From positions 1 through 50,762 of the IMG/VR virus record IMGVR_UViG_3300023104_000006: a stretch of DNA of 50,762 nt. One strand, written 5' to 3'. The translations under genes and the position numbers were made by a program. The stretch is from a virus (Duplodnaviria > Caudoviricetes). This document shows positions 17,259 to 26,782 of this stretch, piece by piece. The notes under the pieces are model-generated. The model saw only the letters and a program-made list of their open reading frames with translations, was not told where the DNA came from and did not search any database. Every line of letters begins with the position of its first letter. Position 1 is the stretch's first letter.

Positions 17259-19252
17259 TGGGCGTTAAATATACCATACCATTTAAATCTGATGATAATG
17301 CGTCGTGGCGTGTTGACGTATCATTGGACACTTGGACTACAGAGCCCATAACAGTTCGTGGCGTAGGCAGGCAATGCGCAACATTGTCACGGGATCCCGA
17401 CAGTATAGATGATCCCTACTCTGTTTTTATTAAATCGTTTTTAACGGTTAATCTATACAATCAGGGAGAAATAGATGTCAGGGAACTACAACGTGCAACA
17501 GATAAGCAATTTGTAGTTACACTATATAACGACGAAACTATAAAGTTCATTGGCTACTTAGATGCCGAGGGAATACAACAACAACTTAAAACCAATGCAA
17601 CCGTTCAATTGGTTTCAAAGGATGGATTAGGCATGTTGGAGGACATATCTTATACACATAAAGATTTACCAGGGACAACAGCAACAACAAGTCGCTGCGT
17701 AATGAATTACATACGCCAAATATTGTTCGCCACTGAAAATTTGGGTTTGCCACTGCCAATTCGCTGGACTAATTACTTAGAATGCACCGCATTCCCCGGT
17801 GAAGATATAATGACGGGCGGTGTGCAATGGTCACCCAACGGGGAGGGTTATTATAATTCAATATCTGGCGAGAGCAAGTCATGCGCACATGTATTAGAGG
17901 GCTTGCTTAAATCTATGCAATGCAGGATAGTACAGGATAATGGCATGTGGATAATATCCCGCATAAACGATATATCAACTGGTTATGTTACCTACAAGCG
18001 TATTGCTGGCGATTTGGGTCGAATGCAGATATTGTCAGGTACTGAAAATATTACTCGCCAAATTGGCCGAAATGGTTATAGATTTGTCGATGAAACAGAT
18101 GTAATTATTAATAAATCCGGTGCTAAAACAATTAAGGCCGAATACAAGGCCGATGTAAAGGAGAATATATTACCTAATGGTGACTTTGATAATGTAATTG
18201 CAAGTAGTAGCATATTGGGGACAGATTTCTTGTATTGGGGGACTATAGGCAATCAACCAATGAGAGCCGACATAATGCCACCGCTCGATGGCAGAAAAGG
18301 TAATTCTGCAAAATTAACCCCGATTGGCGGTTCGGCAGAGCAGCCGTTTTTTTACTACGGCTTACTAAATCCATTGCCGATTGATTCTAATACACTCGTA
18401 CCACGCATAAGTTTTTCTTTTTTATTCTCACCAGTAATTTGGTATACAACCAGATTCGATTCGGATGGTAATCCTTATAATAATGGCATTGTAAACTTCG
18501 AGGCATCGCCATTTCATTTGCAGGTAATTTACAGAGTAGCAGGACAAATATATTATCTTAATGATTACGGTTATTGGACTACCGATGACACTGAAATAAA
18601 CATCGTGATTGATGGTATTAAGTTAGGTGAAGTAGCAAGGGTAGCTTTTGATAAATTTCAGGGTATTATATTACCGGCTCCTCCAAATCAACCTCAGCCG
18701 GGTGATATAAATGATATACAAATTATTTTCAGGGCAATTGGCTTAGGTTCTGGATCTGTTGGAGATCAGATTTATATCATAGACAATGTATCTATAACCA
18801 TAGAAGACAATAACGATATTTATGAAATAACTGAAACAACAAGCAAAAACACACTCAAGGAGACGGTTGAATTAAATATAAGCAGTTCGTTTAGCGGATA
18901 TATGTCAAGCAACCTAATGACTGCTTATTATAATTCACCAAATGAATTTTACTTTAAAGATGGGCAATTCTACACCGGTTCACTAACTGCTATTACAGCT
19001 GCAGCCGTTCTTAGGTTCAGGCATTCTCCCTCGCTAATATATACGGGTTCTGTTTACGTTGGGAATAAAGACTATTCATACAACGAAATATATCTCATTG
19101 ATAGCTTAGGACAATCACGCTTCATGCCAATGCAGTCATCTTACAATATCGAAACATGTAAAGTAACCCTTACGGCTATTGAATGTAGAAATGATAATGT
19201 TATATTTACAGAAAAGTTCTACGGCAGTAACGATAAAATATTAAGTAACTAA
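17258..19252 (+). CDS. Tail tip/baseplate hub-type protein
   Basis: Directly after TMP; DGLGMLED and CRIVQDNGMWII typical of Bacteroidota phage distal tail proteins. Confidence 0.6.
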   Translation: MGVKYTIPFKSDDNASWRVDVSLDTWTTEPITVRGVGRQCATLSRDPDSIDDPYSVFIKSFLTVNLYNQGEIDVRELQRATDKQFVVTLYNDETIKFIGYLDAEGIQQQLKTNATVQLVSKDGLGMLEDISYTHKDLPGTTATTSRCVMNYIRQILFATENLGLPLPIRWTNYLECTAFPGEDIMTGGVQWSPNGEGYYNSISGESKSCAHVLEGLLKSMQCRIVQDNGMWIISRINDISTGYVTYKRIAGDLGRMQILSGTENITRQIGRNGYRFVDETDVIINKSGAKTIKAEYKADVKENILPNGDFDNVIASSSILGTDFLYWGTIGNQPMRADIMPPLDGRKGNSAKLTPIGGSAEQPFFYYGLLNPLPIDSNTLVPRISFSFLFSPVIWYTTRFDSDGNPYNNGIVNFEASPFHLQVIYRVAGQIYYLNDYGYWTTDDTEINIVIDGIKLGEVARVAFDKFQGIILPAPPNQPQPGDINDIQIIFRAIGLGSGSVGDQIYIIDNVSITIEDNNDIYEITETTSKNTLKETVELNISSSFSGYMSSNLMTAYYNSPNEFYFKDGQFYTGSLTAITAAAVLRFRHSPSLIYTGSVYVGNKDYSYNEIYLIDSLGQSRFMPMQSSYNIETCKVTLTAIECRNDNVIFTEKFYGSNDKILSN

Positions 19253-19254
19253 TT

Positions 19255-20292
19255 ATGCCACCACCATACGAAGTAATATTAGCCAGGGTTAAGCAAAAAA
19301 TCGCCACAGAGAGCGAATGGCTATTGGTGGAAGATGATTTAGGCGTGCTGTTTGAAGGCGAACAGGCTTTTGTTGTTGACGACAATGGACTACCGGTTAA
19401 CTTTAAAATAGGAGATGGTACAAAGAAGTTTAGTGAATTACCCTATTTCTTAGCTTATTACGATGGGATACAGTCTCAAAAAAGACTTATATTTCCACTA
19501 CAATCAACAGACATTACTATTGCGAATACCTTTCGTAATAACTCCAGTTTGTATGACCTCATATTTAATAACACGTCCGGTGGAGAAATAGCCCTACGGA
19601 TTGGAACTACTGTGGGTGGCAATGAGGTTGCCGAATTTGATGTGCCAATTGGTCTAAGCACTATTTCGCTTAAACAACTGTTTAACGAAAGCGTAACCTT
19701 GTACTTTAGCGGGTTAGCCGGTAACTCTTATTCCCTCACCGTTATCTATTACCAATATGACGAAAGTCCGGTTATACCAGCACCGGGACAGGGTAGTGGT
19801 AATTCGTTTTACAAAAAGGGTACTATGGGGATGTTTGTATCATTGTACGACGGGCACGAAAACGATGTTTGGGACTTCTTAACAGGATTGGGGAAGCCGG
19901 GTAGTGGCTATGATAATTGCGCGCTCATGGGTACAAACCAGTTGCCAAGCATGGCGAACATGTATCCAGTTGGTGCGTCCACAGGCGAAACTATAGGTGC
20001 CAGAAAGGGCAACACCGACAATACAGCCCCGATAGGTGTAACTAATCTACCTGCCTCTGGTGTAGGCTTGTTCAAACAACAAATAGGAACAGTAGGGGGA
20101 GATGTTCCGGCCGAAGGTGACAATATATCTCGGGCGCGCTTGATACCTGGTAGTGATCTAAACTACGAAATCGTAAGGTCAACATCGCCAACGGCTGCAT
20201 TCGTTGGCAAGTCTGCTAATTTAGGGGATGGCACCGAATTGAATATTCAGCCCGATTCAAGAATAGTTTTATACTTTATAGCAATAGAATAA
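19255..20292 (+). CDS. Minor tail/fibre-base protein with hyaluronidase/Mtd-type N-terminal motif
   Basis: EW...VLFEGE...FKIGDGTKKFSELPY motif. Confidence 0.6.
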   Translation: MPPPYEVILARVKQKIATESEWLLVEDDLGVLFEGEQAFVVDDNGLPVNFKIGDGTKKFSELPYFLAYYDGIQSQKRLIFPLQSTDITIANTFRNNSSLYDLIFNNTSGGEIALRIGTTVGGNEVAEFDVPIGLSTISLKQLFNESVTLYFSGLAGNSYSLTVIYYQYDESPVIPAPGQGSGNSFYKKGTMGMFVSLYDGHENDVWDFLTGLGKPGSGYDNCALMGTNQLPSMANMYPVGASTGETIGARKGNTDNTAPIGVTNLPASGVGLFKQQIGTVGGDVPAEGDNISRARLIPGSDLNYEIVRSTSPTAAFVGKSANLGDGTELNIQPDSRIVLYFIAIE

Positions 20293-20699
20293 TGGCAAAT
20301 CATATAGAAGCGTTAGATATACTGGTTTCCAAATTAAAGGGTGTTGCTATTAAGGTTAGGAGCAAACTTGCAAGTTCTGTTTCGTGGAGTTTAGCCGACT
20401 TTGAAGATGATGAGTATATAACTAAAAGGGCAGCTTTAGAATTAACGTCCGGTGGCTCTGCATCCATTATCACCTACCAATCCGGTACCTCACAAGTTGC
20501 CATATTAGGCGATGACATACAGGTAATATTTACCGAACCATATCAGTCAGTTACGGGTGTCCAGGTGGTTAGTGGTGATATAACTTATGAGGGGTTAAGT
20601 AAGCAGTATCAAACGGGTGGCGGGGCTATCAATGGGTTCTTAATCATTGGAGGTGGTAGCATTCCAACACCTTTTAGGGTTGACTTTGTAGCCCAATAA
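20292..20699 (+). CDS. Hypothetical structural protein
   Basis: Coupled last gene of the tail operon; beta-rich C-terminus. Confidence 0.55.
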   Translation: MANHIEALDILVSKLKGVAIKVRSKLASSVSWSLADFEDDEYITKRAALELTSGGSASIITYQSGTSQVAILGDDIQVIFTEPYQSVTGVQVVSGDITYEGLSKQYQTGGGAINGFLIIGGGSIPTPFRVDFVAQ

Positions 20700-20730
20700 A
20701 AAAGCGCACTACCGGGATGGTGAGTGCGCT
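20698..20730 (-). terminator. Rho-independent terminator of inverted cassette
   Basis: Minus strand AGCGCACT...AGTGCGCT plus T-run. Confidence 0.75.
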
Positions 20731-20754
20731 CGCTCGCTAAGAATAGCGACAAAC

Positions 20755-21198
20755 TTAACGAAAGTTCTTAAATGATTTTTCGCCGCCTTTATTATCCTGT
20801 TCAAACCATTTCAATACCGCCCTTTTTGCCTCGCAGCTATCACCAAACAATTTAGGTTGCGACTCAGGCCGAACACTTTCAGCAAGCATTCCTCCATAGT
20901 GGCCATCATTGCCATATAAATAACCTTTCCCATATTCACCCCAAACTTCAACCAGGTATTTAGAACCATCTGTTTTGATTTTAATACTGGGTGGCATTTT
21001 TGCTATGCAAAACGCAGAATAATCAGTGGGCTTGTATTGTAATTTTAATAAATTTTCGTCATTACTCTTAATGCTTTCTTTTAAGAATCCTGGCAATATG
21101 TACATTAAAAAAGAGCCCAAAACCATTCCTAATAAAATAAATGGGATGTGAGATTCTTGTTTTAAATCCTCTTTTACATTTTCGTTTGTAGTATTCAT
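20755..21198 (-). CDS. Hypothetical single-TM membrane protein
   Basis: Hydrophobic segment IPFILLGMVLGSFLMYILPGF. Confidence 0.6.
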   Translation of the reverse strand: MNTTNENVKEDLKQESHIPFILLGMVLGSFLMYILPGFLKESIKSNDENLLKLQYKPTDYSAFCIAKMPPSIKIKTDGSKYLVEVWGEYGKGYLYGNDGHYGGMLAESVRPESQPKLFGDSCEAKRAVLKWFEQDNKGGEKSFKNFR

Positions 21199-21285
21199 AT
21201 TTCGCTATTTTTCCGGCACCATTGCCACCTCAAAACCCCGCATACCGGAGCATGCAGGGTGAGTCCGCAAGAGCTTAGCGGGAAC

Positions 21286-21765
21286 TTACGGGAGGGTGTT
21301 AATGTCTATCGCGAGCCCAGCGGTAATTAAACCGAATACATCGAAGTGGTATTCAAACATCCACCAGTTAATTTCCGTTATTGGCACAAATGCTTTTGGT
21401 GATTCTCCATAATAAGCATCGTAAACATCACAAAAACACCCCTCATCTATTCTTAAATCGTGTCGGCTATAAAAAACGACCACTTCATCATTTATTAAAA
21501 TCGGTTTTTTAATATCAGACAAAGGCCTAAGAATAGGTTTTAACAATAAATCAGCATCCTTTCTTATTTCGAAATCGACAACTGAAAAAGTGCCGCCAAG
21601 TTTAGACCGAACACGACCGGACATTATTGCGTTACCGTTAAGTCCTTTAGATAATTTGAACAATTCATATTGAGCATCTTTAATGCCAAATATTTTATTT
21701 TCCGTGCCTTGTAGTTTTAATCCGTAAGGTAGATACGGGGCTAAATGTTTAAGTTCTAATTTCAT
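21286..21765 (-). CDS. Conserved Bacteroidota phage hypothetical protein (start re-assigned to MKLELKHLAPYLPYGLK)
   Basis: LKHLAPYLPYGLK...KPILRPLSD...HFDVFGLITAGLAIDINTL recurrent family pattern; the track's upstream start lies inside the tRNA-like RNA. Confidence 0.75.
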   Translation of the reverse strand: MKLELKHLAPYLPYGLKLQGTENKIFGIKDAQYELFKLSKGLNGNAIMSGRVRSKLGGTFSVVDFEIRKDADLLLKPILRPLSDIKKPILINDEVVVFYSRHDLRIDEGCFCDVYDAYYGESPKAFVPITEINWWMFEYHFDVFGLITAGLAIDINTLP

Positions 21766-21807
21766 TTTTACTGCTAAGCTTTTAATTCGTTCACCATTAT
21801 ACAAAAG

Positions 21808-21956
21808 TGAGTATGGCAGGACTCGAACCTGCATGATAGCTTTTAATCTACGGGCAGCAGCCTAACTGACTTCCCCCTTACGGTTCCCATGTACCTACGT
21901 ATCGCCGAGTCGTATCTATCTTAAGTCAAAGCGTCTACCAGTTCCGCCACATACTC
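21808..21956 (-). ncRNA. tRNA-Leu-like RNA (149 nt) with expanded anticodon/variable region
   Basis: Perfect 7-bp acceptor GAGTATG/CATACTC plus discriminator A; Leu-type D arm GCGGAACTGGTAGACGC; canonical T arm GCAGG-TTCGAGT-CCTGC; no normal 7-nt anticodon loop. Confidence 0.8.
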
Positions 21957-21963
21957 AACAAAA

Positions 21964-22016
21964 CAAATATACTTTGGGTTATGTATCTTTCCAACACTAT
22001 AACTTTTTATCATAGG
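21964..22016 (-). promoter_or_regulatory. Promoter (-7 TATATTTG) and operator ATGATAAAAAGTTATA for the tRNA-like operon
   Basis: Minus-strand -7 box at 21971-21964; operator at 22016-21993. Confidence 0.7.
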
Positions 22017-22036
22017 TTGGTGAGTTTGGTTATAAT

Positions 22037-22063
22037 AAAAAAAGGCCATCCGAAGCCAGCCTT
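22037..22063 (-). terminator. Rho-independent terminator after C5 methylase
   Basis: Minus strand AAGGC...TTCG...GCCTT plus T-run. Confidence 0.65.
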
Positions 22064-22091
22064 ACGCCTCAACTAAGGTTATCTCACTAAC

Positions 22092-22967
22092 TTAGTGAGG
22101 GATATTTTTAAAAAACTCTACTATTGTATCTACTTGCCATCCATTACCCAGGGCGTGATAACGTGCAGAATCGCTACCAAAAGTATAATCATCTTTTATA
22201 CCCTGCAATCTTTCATATTCATTTGGTGTAAAGTACCTTGGGCCCGCACTTGTCATTACTGATTGAACGCGTCCACCACCCTGTGATGTATCGATTGCCT
22301 CCGTTTTGCCATTGGAATCAAATACCTGATTATTACGCCTAAAGCTTTTATTGTGAAATAATATTTTAATTAACTTATCCTGATTTGTGCCAGATGGTAC
22401 TAATTTGTTAATTACTATCTTAGATAGGTAATATTTTACTTTTACCTTGTCTTGTATAATATCACGAATCAATACACCTTTATCTTCAGGCATGACAAAA
22501 CCGGGAATATTAGTCCAGTATAATCTTTGCCTATTTTGCGCGCTAACTAAAGCAGAATTAACAAAAACGGGTTCCACTCCTAAATATTTGCTAATAACAT
22601 CTTTGCTTTCCTTTGCCATCCTGACATTCTCTAAAAAGAAATACTTTGGTTGTAATTCTTCACGTAACCTAACAAACTCGAAAAACAGTTTACTACGTGG
22701 GTCATTGAAATTCAACTGCTTACCGGCAAAAGAAAAACCCTGGCATGGACTACCTCCTATCAATAGATCAATAGGAGACATAAAATGCTCTTTTCGTATC
22801 TTTGTTACGTCCCCGAACTGAATTGTTTTCGGCCAATTACGTTGCGTTACCTTAACAGCACGTTGATCAATTTCGGAAGCATAGTATTTATTAATCGGGA
22901 TTCCTGCTCTATGCAGTGCAACTTGACCGCAGCTTATCCCGTCAAAGAGTGATAGTACGTTATACAT
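22092..22967 (-). CDS. DNA (cytosine-5) methyltransferase
   Basis: LSLFDGISCG (motif I), GGSPCQGFS (IV), FLENV (VI), QNRQRLYW (VIII), LGNGW (X). Confidence 0.93.
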   Translation of the reverse strand: MYNVLSLFDGISCGQVALHRAGIPINKYYASEIDQRAVKVTQRNWPKTIQFGDVTKIRKEHFMSPIDLLIGGSPCQGFSFAGKQLNFNDPRSKLFFEFVRLREELQPKYFFLENVRMAKESKDVISKYLGVEPVFVNSALVSAQNRQRLYWTNIPGFVMPEDKGVLIRDIIQDKVKVKYYLSKIVINKLVPSGTNQDKLIKILFHNKSFRRNNQVFDSNGKTEAIDTSQGGGRVQSVMTSAGPRYFTPNEYERLQGIKDDYTFGSDSARYHALGNGWQVDTIVEFFKNIPH

Positions 22968-23076
22968 TGTGAGATTTTATTTCCAAATATACCCACTCTC
23001 CACCCACCCCGCAAATCACAAATAGTTATACCTGACACACTTTTGGTTATAATGCCATTAAATACTATATTTGAAC

Positions 23077-25650
23077 ATGATTCGTAAGTTACTCTTATTC
23101 TTACTACTCCCGTTCGCTACGTATGCACAGCAAACAGGATCCCCTGCAACAGGTGGCTACGTAGTCAAACCGCAGAATACGGCATATATAAAAGGAATGG
23201 GTATTGAGGCGCAAATGCGTGTATATTTTGGCAGTAATCAGTACTTTGACATACCTACACTAAAGCAAACGCAATTCAAAGTTGATAGCTCTGGTGCTTT
23301 AAAGTTTCCGATACAGAGACCGATTACAGATATGAATACTATTAGCCAAAACAGTGGTTATAATATATTTTACTCAAACATGAATCCAGCAAACGGATTT
23401 AGTAATTCATATTATCAGGGTATACAATTTTCGGCCGATCAAAACCCGTTGTTTAGGAATCAATTATTTTTCGATACAAATGGTGGTTTATATACTAGGT
23501 CTATGTTCAACGGAAACTGGCTTCCCTATAAGCAAATAATTAACCGTGATGATTTAACAAACTACCAATTAATACCAGATGGATTACAAAGCGTTAGTAG
23601 TATAACACAATCAGGCAATATAGTTACTGTAAATAATGCCGTATGGAGAATAAACCAAGTTAATTACACAGCGCCGGGGGCTGTTAATTTAACTATTGCC
23701 GCCGCAACTACAGGATTTAAACGAGTTGATTTGATAGTAGGTAATACAAGTAATCAGTTAACTGTGGTGCAAGGTGTTGAAAACGCTACTACAGCGGTAG
23801 AGCCAAACCTGCCAGCTAATACAGCGCGTATAGCACCTGTGTATGTAAACGGCACAACAGTTTCGCCACCGCAACCAGACCTAAACGAGTACGCAAAGAA
23901 AAGCGAGGTTGTTCCAAGACAAACACAAGTAACGGACTTGAATAACGTAACCAATGCAAATAGTAATTTCGGGTTCTTTTACTCCAGCGGTACAGCCGCA
24001 AATACGCCGTTTGGAACTTCCTTTAATCAGGGTATACAAGTTTCGGCCGACCAGAACCCGCAATTTCTTAATCAGTTAAGTTTTGATGTTACCGGGGGTT
24101 TATTTACTAGGACAAAATTAAACGGTGTTTGGGGTACATGGAATAGACTAGGAACGGGCACGGTTAGTTCGGTGGCAAGTGCAAATACCGATATATCTGT
24201 GACAAACCCGACCAGTACCCCTGTAATATCTTTAGATAATGTGAATGGTATAACCAAATCTTTTTACGATCCCACAAGCAGTATTCAAGGACAATTAAAT
24301 AATCGGGTGACGTTAAACACCACGCAAACAATACCGGGCTATAAGGTATTGGGAAGGGTGGATGTGCGTGGTTCTGATACAACCCTTGCAACGGGTGTGA
24401 CTGGATACGCGTCAACTGTAGTTACCAGGCGTTCGATATTCAACAGCAATAACAACGAAACAGTGTTAATGTCTTTCAGGCCACTATCTACTACCAATAC
24501 AGACCCCGGCACAAGTTTGCCGTACACTGGAAATAATGCTAAGGCGTTTGATTGGACAGGTGATATATCAGGGCCTGTATCTGGAACGGCTACTATTGGT
24601 GGTACAAGGCCTATAAATTCATTGACGGCAAACGCTGTTACGAGTAACGGGAACCTAACAGGGCTTACCCTGAACAGCTTGAATAACTTACCGATTGGTT
24701 TTGGCGCAGGTAGCCAGTTTGGATTTATGGATGTTTCATCGAATGGAACGCAACGGAATAGGTTTGTGTGGGGTAACGCAACTGCATTAGCAGAGGCTAA
24801 AATGGCGGTTAATAATTCTAACTTATATGCTACAGGTGGACAGGTTAGCGGAATTAGGAATGAGGGGAATCTAAACGCCTCTGTTGATAATGATTTGTTA
24901 GTTGGATTCAGATCTTCAGCTACGTACGGACTTGGGACTACCGCTATTTCAACTTTTACAACTTCTTTTTCAGGTACAGGCACGCCAGCAGCAAATAGCC
25001 AATACACATTTACAGGCGGTTCGGGGTCGGGGGCTATATTTTCAGTTTCTTTCGCTAACAACGCTACATCTGCAACAATCACAAGGGTTAGTGGCGGAAC
25101 AGGTTATACAGTTGGAAATGTTTTAACACGTACAATAAATGGGCTTACTATAAATATAACTGTTACAGCGGTAGGATTAACAGGTGTAAAAGCATATTCT
25201 TTTTATGCTGAGAACGCACCTTTATATATTAGTAATAGCGCAATCAACACAGCAACAAGCTCAGCAACTGTTTTAATGCGCGAAACGGATGGGACGGTGA
25301 CACAAACGGCAAGCAATGCACGTATTCCCTTAGATGTTACTGCCAATGCAACAATGGCTTTAAACCGGGATTACTTAAATAAAACAGCAACCCAATATAC
25401 ACTAACATTGCCACCTTGTAACGATTGGAATGTAGATGGTAGCAAGATTATAACCGTTTTGGCTACTGGAACAGGTGGAGTACGTATTTCTGTACCATCG
25501 GGTTATTCATTACAGGCAGGCACCATATTTGCCACAACAACAGGTAGCGGCGGAGCAACACTTACACAAGGTCAAAAGGTACAATTAGTGCCGGTTGGCG
25601 TTAATGCATATTCACTGCAAGCATTTAACGGAACAGTAACGGTTAATTAG
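23077..25650 (+). CDS. Tail-fibre-like beta-rich protein with N-terminal Sec signal peptide and two knob-like repeats
   Basis: MIRKLLLFLLLPFATYA|Q signal; repeated QGIQxSADQNPxFxNQLxFD..GGLxTR...NGxW domain; Thr/Gly/Asn-rich; TLTLP-type C-terminal beta sandwich. Confidence 0.7.
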   Translation: MIRKLLLFLLLPFATYAQQTGSPATGGYVVKPQNTAYIKGMGIEAQMRVYFGSNQYFDIPTLKQTQFKVDSSGALKFPIQRPITDMNTISQNSGYNIFYSNMNPANGFSNSYYQGIQFSADQNPLFRNQLFFDTNGGLYTRSMFNGNWLPYKQIINRDDLTNYQLIPDGLQSVSSITQSGNIVTVNNAVWRINQVNYTAPGAVNLTIAAATTGFKRVDLIVGNTSNQLTVVQGVENATTAVEPNLPANTARIAPVYVNGTTVSPPQPDLNEYAKKSEVVPRQTQVTDLNNVTNANSNFGFFYSSGTAANTPFGTSFNQGIQVSADQNPQFLNQLSFDVTGGLFTRTKLNGVWGTWNRLGTGTVSSVASANTDISVTNPTSTPVISLDNVNGITKSFYDPTSSIQGQLNNRVTLNTTQTIPGYKVLGRVDVRGSDTTLATGVTGYASTVVTRRSIFNSNNNETVLMSFRPLSTTNTDPGTSLPYTGNNAKAFDWTGDISGPVSGTATIGGTRPINSLTANAVTSNGNLTGLTLNSLNNLPIGFGAGSQFGFMDVSSNGTQRNRFVWGNATALAEAKMAVNNSNLYATGGQVSGIRNEGNLNASVDNDLLVGFRSSATYGLGTTAISTFTTSFSGTGTPAANSQYTFTGGSGSGAIFSVSFANNATSATITRVSGGTGYTVGNVLTRTINGLTINITVTAVGLTGVKAYSFYAENAPLYISNSAINTATSSATVLMRETDGTVTQTASNARIPLDVTANATMALNRDYLNKTATQYTLTLPPCNDWNVDGSKIITVLATGTGGVRISVPSGYSLQAGTIFATTTGSGGATLTQGQKVQLVPVGVNAYSLQAFNGTVTVN

Positions 25651-25651
25651 T

Positions 25652-26245
25652 ATGAAGAAAGTAATTTATATAGCAGGGTTGATTTGCATAATCGCTACAA
25701 CACACGCGTTGCGGCTGAACGCAACGGCACAAGCACAGTCTCAAAAGATAACTTCACCTATGGGTGGCATTATCTCTATATCTCCAGGTACAGCTATAAC
25801 TCAGGCAAGTCCCGCTACGGTGTTTTATAGTGAAGTCATACCAGCAAATACCTTAATGCCTAATAGATGGTTTACTCTTAAGCAATCTTTTAAACTAACT
25901 ACGCCTGCATTAGTGGGCATTCCAGGTATTTCTATTACGGTACAGTTCGGGAGCCAGACCTTTAATATAATGAGTTCCGCACCGCTTATAGGGGGAGCAA
26001 ATGGCGGACTGTTTAAAATAGAATTTAACCTTATATCAGTGACTAACAGTAGTCAAATGTTGGAAGCTATAGTGACACAACCGAATGGCTCGCTTATTAC
26101 ACTTGGATCAGGCTACACACCGGTTGGCAGTTTTACAGTAAACAATGCCATAGATAATAACTTCATAGTGACCATATCATTTACTGGTGTAAGCTTAGGA
26201 ACATCGCAATTAATCAATTACTGGAATTTAAGAGATCCTTATTAG
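25652..26245 (+). CDS. Beta-rich protein with signal-peptide-like N-terminus
   Basis: MKKVIYIAGLICIIATTHA N-terminus; beta-strand-rich body. Confidence 0.6.
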   Translation: MKKVIYIAGLICIIATTHALRLNATAQAQSQKITSPMGGIISISPGTAITQASPATVFYSEVIPANTLMPNRWFTLKQSFKLTTPALVGIPGISITVQFGSQTFNIMSSAPLIGGANGGLFKIEFNLISVTNSSQMLEAIVTQPNGSLITLGSGYTPVGSFTVNNAIDNNFIVTISFTGVSLGTSQLINYWNLRDPY

Positions 26246-26246
26246 T

Positions 26247-26612
26247 ATGCCATTTACAGAACCACAAACATTAACTATTAATGTTACACTTGCTGATATT
26301 CAGGCAAGTACAGCAACCGCGCTTAATTTAGCCGCTAACGTTTATGTAAACTCATTAGCACAATGCCTAAAGCGTCTAGCATTAGCTAAGCAATTACCGG
26401 GGATGGAACAAGACACCGAACAACAAAGTTGCGTGTTTTATGCAGAAACGGGTGTTCGCTTGCAAAACGGTAAATTAGTTTCTATCCTCGATGTATCCGT
26501 GTGTACTGCGGTATATGCCGGTGATGAACAAACTGCTATTTTGATTGCTTTGGAAAATATATCAGGGATTAAACCGACCGCTGGTTATACTGTTAATTTG
26601 GTAAAGGCGTGA
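26247..26612 (+). CDS. Hypothetical protein
   Basis: ORF in the fibre operon. Confidence 0.6.
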   Translation: MPFTEPQTLTINVTLADIQASTATALNLAANVYVNSLAQCLKRLALAKQLPGMEQDTEQQSCVFYAETGVRLQNGKLVSILDVSVCTAVYAGDEQTAILIALENISGIKPTAGYTVNLVKA

Positions 26613-26632
26613 TAATAAATTATATTTGGGAC

Positions 26633-26782
26633 ATGGAAGAAATGTTAGAATTAGAGATTCCGGTTATGGATATGCCGAATGAAAACCAACCTGGAGAAAC
26701 AAAAAAACAAAAGTGTGAACGATTGCATCATGGCGAAGTTGGCACCTGTGACGAGGATGGCAATTTCACACCTGCGGTATAA
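26633..26782 (+). CDS. Hypothetical acidic 49-aa peptide, not in ORF track
   Basis: ATG 4 nt after TATATTTG (26621-26628); TAATG-coupled to the next gene. Confidence 0.55.
   Translation: MEEMLELEIPVMDMPNENQPGETKKQKCERLHHGEVGTCDEDGNFTPAV

Noticed and set aside
21766-21834. N-terminal extension MQVRVLPYS of ORF 21286..21834
   Set aside because: It is the T arm of the tRNA-like RNA read as codons; the family-like sequence starts at 21765.
21808-21956. tmRNA or ordinary functional tRNA
   Set aside because: Too short for tmRNA, has a D stem and lacks G3-U70; no 7-nt anticodon loop can be formed without removing the insert.
23077-24150. Diversity-generating retroelement template/variable repeat pair in the fibre gene
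   Set aside because: The two repeats are diverged protein-domain duplications, not adenine-specific variants, and no reverse transcriptase is encoded.
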